Positions 57,676 to 64,000 of a stretch of DNA of 64,000 nucleotides are shown one piece after another. Made by a program: the position numbers and the translations under genes. Source of the stretch: the human T2T-CHM13v2.0 reference genome, Homo sapiens; assembly GCF_009914755.1 (NCBI RefSeq), contig NC_060948.1. One strand, written 5' to 3'. How positions within the stretch are numbered: the stretch's first letter is position 1; the number at the start of each line of letters is the position of its first letter. The notes below the pieces were generated by a model. The model worked only from the letters and a program-made list of their open reading frames with translations, did not search any database and had not been told where the DNA came from.

Positions 57676-60029
57676 AGATCCCGCCCCACCCCCCACAAAA
57701 ATACAAGTTTTAAAATTAATCATATATACATCAGCCAATCCTAGGGCTTTATATTTGGCCCTGTTCATTTGCTGATCTGTTTCTGCAAGATGAAGAATGA
57801 CTCAAATATTACAAATGACATATGTTTTCCATCTTCAACATTCCCCTTGCTTTTGGTAGAATTTATTCTTTCATGTACATTATGGAATCGATGTGTCAAA
57901 GTGTGCAACATTCTTCTGTCTTTGCTGGGAATTGTATTTATTTAAAAGTTGGTTTGAGGAAAAATAAACATCTTCTAAGCTTATGTTATCTCACTTGTAA
58001 ACTGGCATAGTTTATTACTTGTTGAGATCTGATCATAGCTTTATTAAATACTTTAAGCATTATGTATTAATTAATTATTATTAGTAGTATTTTGCAATTG
58101 ATACCTTCAATTACATTTTGTACTCCTGGTATAAAATAATGTTGTTTTTTTACATTGATGAAATGTTCAACCATCCTTTTGGATTTTCTATTATTTGTAG
58201 CAGCTTTTCTGTTAAATTACATAATTTCCACAAAAATGGTGACATTATCTGCAAATAATGACCATTTTCTCTCTTTCCTTTTAATACTTGTAAATTTTAA
58301 ATCCTTTCTAACTTCTACCATTGTATGACCCATTGACATCTGGTGTGAGGATGAATGCTATTGGTACAAAATTTTATTCCCATTCATGATTTTACAGGAA
58401 ATGGGTCTAACATCTTTTTTGTAAATACAATGTCAAGGAGAGATTTTTGACATACAGTCATTTTCAAATAATATGAATTTCTTGTAATTACCATTTATTT
58501 TCTAAGTTTTTAAAATGCTTTCTTTTGATCATACATATTGATTATTGCCAAATAAGCAGTTGGCATTTCTACAGCCGCTTATACAGCTGCTTATATCATA
58601 AAAGAATTATAATTATTCTTCATAATTAGTGTGCTTTTATAATTAATAGATTTATAAGGTATCTATTCAATTTAGAAAAAACAAATTTTTCATCATAATA
58701 GGAACAAAATGGCCTCTCGTGTTATAGTGGAATATATTGTATATTCTAAAAATAGCCACTATTCTACTAAGTTTAGTTTGTAAATATTCACTTAGGATGT
58801 CTACATCTACATTCATAAGTGAATTTGATTTATAATTTTATGATGTTAAACACTCTATACTTTTGATATGAATGTTAAACTATCCATACAAAAGGATTTT
58901 GATAGCTTTATTTAATTTTATATTTTCTGCAGAAAACTTCAATACATAGGATTATTAAAAATTTTCTGAAAATTATCTTGGGTGACAAGTTTTTGTGTGG
59001 GAGATTTTTAGTTACCCTTTCAATACTACTAATAGTTTTTAGTTTAAGTTTATTTCTTCGTGTAATGTTGCTTTTTTCTTGACGATTTCAATTTAGCTTT
59101 TTAATATCAGGTTTTATACTGTTAAAATATTATTTTGTATTTTTTATATTTTGATTTACTTGGTGTTTTAAAAGTGATTTTCCTCTTTTCCTTTAAAGAC
59201 TATTTGTTTTCTTAATTTGTCTCCCTTCCTTGGTCAGTCTTGGCAGAAGTTTGTTTATATTATAAAGCTTTTCAATAAACTAGTTTTCATTTTGGTAATT
59301 ATATCAACTCTTTTTTCTCTATTTCACTAATTTCTGCTCCTATCTTGATTATATCCTATTTTCAGATTTATTTGTATTTATTCTGTTTTCTCTTCTTCCT
59401 GCCCTCTTCTTGACTTGTCTCCATGGCTTCTTTATTTCCAATTATTCTTGTTGCCTTGTAAAGGTATTTGAAGTTTTAATTGTCCCTTTAAGCACATCTT
59501 CAATCTCATCTGACAAATTTTCACATGTGACATTTGAATGATCCTTGGTTTCCAACTATTTTTGTTTATATTGTATCATAAAAGCATGTGCACACACCCA
59601 CACACAAACAAATACATATATGCAAACTAATGACAGAATACTAAACATATATATGTTTATATGTGTGTAAACATAGATATGTGTATATATATATATGTTT
59701 AGTGTTCTGTGTCCATAGCTTTCAAGCACACACCAAATGTTTACAAAATCTACCTTTCAAAAAGATACAGCAGCATACAGCATTGTATTCTATGACCATA
59801 ATTCAATAGAATTAGAAATCAATAGTAAAAAGCGTTCAAAATAATGATAGAACACTAAACATATATGTACATTTACATGTACATACATGTTTACGTGTGT
59901 GTGTGTGTATATATATATATCTGTGTTCTGTGTGTGTGTGAGAGTGTGTGATTTGAGGTGCATATATTTCCATAGATAGCCACCGGATCACACATGTCAG
60001 TTATTTCAGTCTTCTATATCTTATTTATT

Positions 60030-60625
<596 letters not shown>

Positions 60626-62507
60626 GTATCTTCAATTAGATTTTGTCTTATAAGTTCATCACACCAAGAATGTTGAGTTTTATTCTCTTGTAACATTTCA
60701 TCTTATCGTTCCTTTGTCTGGTATATTTAATGCATATGGATATACTATGTTATATATATAGTATGTATGTATAAACATGTACTTACCTTTTACATGTTTT
60801 CAAGCTTATTAGGAAGTTATATGAAAGTGTCAGTTGTACCTTTTTAATCTTCCATTCCTTTTCTACTATTTATTATCTATTATTGATATTTATGATTTTG
60901 GTTTGATACTAAATTTGCTTACTATGATTTTTTCTTTACATATTTCTTACATTTAAAATTTTTAGTCTCTTCCTGTTCGTGTATCTGTTTGTTTTAAATA
61001 TATCTGTTTTCAACAATATGTTGCTAAATGTATTTTAATCACATTTTATCTGTTTATCCTAATTATATTTCTGCAGTTATCATTATTATAGATTTCATTT
61101 CTGCCACTTTGTTTTATATTTTATATGTATCAATCATGCTTTTTAAACTTTAACTTTTTTTTTTTCCTGACTTCCAGTGTATAATTTTAAAAGTTTCTCT
61201 TACTGACCTCATTATTATACTCCTTTTTTGCTGACCTCATTATTATACTCTTTTTTTATGATTTTTTTTCCTCCTTATAGTTTGGATTCATCAAATTTCC
61301 TGTTTTATGTTGCACTTATATTCTAATGAAGATACATCGATTCTTCTTATTGGCTATCAAACTTTTCAGTATCCACAATTTTCCTCAGAATAAGCTATAG
61401 ATTTAAGATTTTCTCAACTCTTTGGCATCTCTCTCTCTCAATCACCCCACACTGTGTTAGATTCTAAGGGAATTTGGGCTGTAGATCATGTTAAAATTTG
61501 ATTTTAGAATATTGTGTCTTTGGAGTAATGTCTTGTCATTACTTGTATTATACTGCTGTATTCTGGGTTTATTTCTCTCCTTCCTTGCAGAAATACGTTG
61601 TTTCAAGATTTCTAAGAATTAAATAGATTTGGATTTAAGCTATCATTTAAATAATAGTTTGGCTGGACATAAAACCTAGGCAGATCTTTTTTCCCCTGCA
61701 CTTGCTGGGGATGAGAAGCCACTGCTTTTTGTATCCTACACTGCTTTGTTGTTACCCCGATTTTCAATCCATTGCACATCACCTGCTTTTTCTCATTGGA
61801 AGAATTAGACTTACTTTGTTTATATTTGAGATACTCAAAAATCAGAATTTAGTTTTGCTTTTTTCTGTTTTAAATCAACCTGTTCCTTACTTTATGAGAA
61901 CTTTCCATTTTAAGCCTTTTTTTTTTTTTTTTTCCCTCTCATCCTGGGAACTTCTCAGCCTTTCTGCCTAATGTAGTTCTTGCTAACCTTTTTCTCTTTG
62001 TTCTCTTTCTGGGTCTTTTTTTTATAGGACTGGCAACACTTCTACTTCCATCTTCCATACTTCAGCATTTGGAGGATGTTTTTCCTCCATTTTTCATCCC
62101 GGATCCATTTTGGGAAAGTGTCTCTCTGTCTTTTGCCACCAATATGCATTGTTTGTAGGTATCTTTCCATTTCAGCCTGTTCTTTGTGCTCTCCACTTCA
62201 ACAATTTCATTTCTCCTCCCCAGTTTCTCATGTGACTTCCTTTGACACCCTTTGTTCCAACTTTATATCTCTATAATTGTCTCTCTGTCCATTGGACGGA
62301 TATTTAATCTACTTATTTTGAGTCCCATGTTGTTTGCTTGGGTCATTTGATAGTTGTTGTTATTTCATATATGATGTTACATTTGTTTAAGTGTTTTGCT
62401 TTTTGACTGGCTCTGAAGTATTTCTTGGGAGTTTTTTGTTGTCGTTGAGGACAGTAGATATCTTGGAAGATAATGAGTATCCAATGGCCAGTCAAAAGCC
62501 CACCCTC

Positions 62508-62606
62508 AGCTGGGCATGGTGGCTCATGCCTGTAATCCTGGTACTTTGGGAGGCTGAGGCGGGCAGATCACCCGAGGTCAAGAGTTTGAGGCCAGCCTGA
62601 TCAACA
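62508..62606 (+). mobile_element. Alu left-arm fragment
   Basis: GCTGGGCATGGTGGCTCATGCCTGTAATCC...GAGGTCAAGAGTTTGAGGCCAGCCTG, with no tail. Confidence 0.85.
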
Positions 62607-62948
62607 TATCATTAAATTAGAGCTTTAAGTTATATCACTGATTTCATATGCCAGGGAAAATTGTAGGATGTGGCTTACAAGGCAATCTCACAAGAAGTAT
62701 GACTTTTGTCTTATAAACAACAACCCAACCTTGGAGTTTGTTCCAGTAAATTTCATAAATATAAAATAAACTATATAAATAAAGTAACTAATATCCTACT
62801 AAGTCTTTTCCCTCACACATGCTTTTTTTGCCTAAAGCCATTTAAAGTCTCTGAGGATTTAAATCTATAATTCTGTCATGGAGTGGTAGAAACCCAGAGA
62901 ATATACAAACGTTGAAAAACTTTAAGAGTCACTGGTTTAACAGAAGTT

Positions 62949-63280
62949 GGCTGGGCTTACTGGCTCACGCTTCTAAACCCAGCACTTTGAGATGCGTAGC
63001 TGGGCAGATTACTTGAGGGCAAGAGTTTGATACCAGCCTGGCCAACATGATGAAACCTGTCTCTACTAAAAATACAAAAATTAGCTCGGTGTGGGGGTGC
63101 AGGCCTGTAGTCCTAGCTACTTTGGAGGTTGAGGCAGGAGAATTGCTTGAATCTAGGGGTCTGAGTTTGCAGTGCCCCGAGATCACAGCAATGCACTTCC
63201 AGCCTGGTGCAACAGAGTGAGACTCCATCACAAAAAAAACAAAAAACAAAATGACAACAACAACAACAAAAAAAAAAACA
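62949..63280 (+). mobile_element. Alu (AluS-type) with (CAA)n/A tail
   Basis: GGCTGGGC...CTCTACTAAAAATACAAAAATTAGC...CAACAGAGTGAGACTCCATC. Confidence 0.92.
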
Positions 63281-63714
63281 GTAAAACAGAAATAGATCTA
63301 ATTTTTCAGACTAGAGTCACTCAGATATGGATGGATAAGTCCATCCACTATTTGTGTATTAAGCTTTTTTTTTTTTTTTTTGAAACAAGTGTATTCACAC
63401 TTGGATTGACTGTTAATATTCACTCCAAACTAGGACATTGCAAAGAACCCTTAGGATGTTATAATTCTAGGCATTTTTATAGTCTCAGAATTTCAGATGT
63501 ATTGCAATGTTGTAATTTTTTATAGTTTCTTGTCTTTCTGTAACACCTAGTAAGTTCAAAAACTCGAACTATAGGTTTTCTTGATAAATACCAGCGTCAC
63601 TGCTTTCTATGTTTATATTTTTCTTTTAATACATGAACTGAGTTAAAAATTAAATATACATATGTAAATTATTCTTTTGAAAAAATATTACTTATAATAG
63701 TTTTTAAAATACAT

Positions 63715-64000
63715 GTTTATTTAATTTTAGATTTCTGCTAAATTTGTGAAGATTGTGGAAAGGATTTTCCTTATACCCCACCCTTGAATTTCCCTTCTAT
63801 AAATATCTTAAACATCATTATTATACATTTGACACTATTAATGAGCCAATATGTACAATTTTTTTTTGACTAAAGCCCACTCATTCTTCAGATTTCTTTG
63901 GTATTTTCATTCTGTCTTTTTCCTTTCCTCAAACCCCACCCCAGATCCCACATTACATTTAGCGGTCATGTCTCCTTGGGCTCCTCTTGATTGTGATGAT
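63715..64000 (-). mobile_element. L1MC-like 3' fragment
   Basis: ACTATTAATGAGCCAATAT and CCCAGATCCCACATTACATTTAG..GTCATGTCTCCTT resemble L1MC 3' sequence. Confidence 0.55.

Overview
Primate (human-type) Y-chromosome DNA inside the neuroligin gene NLGN4Y, which is transcribed on the + strand. The only host exon I can support is the first coding exon (acceptor 28653, ATG 28764, donor after 29235). It encodes the signal peptide and the start of the cholinesterase-like domain, with the Y-type Ser93. Everything else is intronic and repeat-dense: (1) a defective HERV9 provirus on the - strand with 5' LTR12, tRNA-Arg PBS, gag, pro and a pol lacking RT; (2) a solo LTR12 with a nested Alu; (3) an MLT2A solo LTR with a perfect TSD; (4) an 11.3-kb composite of two L1PA elements; (5) a full-length, sense-oriented processed pseudogene of acylglycerol kinase inside an MLT1 LTR; (6) many Alus, older L1/MaLR/MER fragments and microsatellites. 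I found no new multi-gene system. The best leads are regulatory or structural: a perfect splice donor in the L1 antisense-promoter region 3.66 kb upstream of the coding exon, an in-frame uORF ending 3 nt before the NLGN4Y AUG, the L1-in-L1 architecture, and a micro-inversion bounded by exact 18-bp inverted repeats. Repeat subfamily names and reference proteins are recalled from memory rather than searched, and repeat boundaries are approximate unless a TSD is cited.
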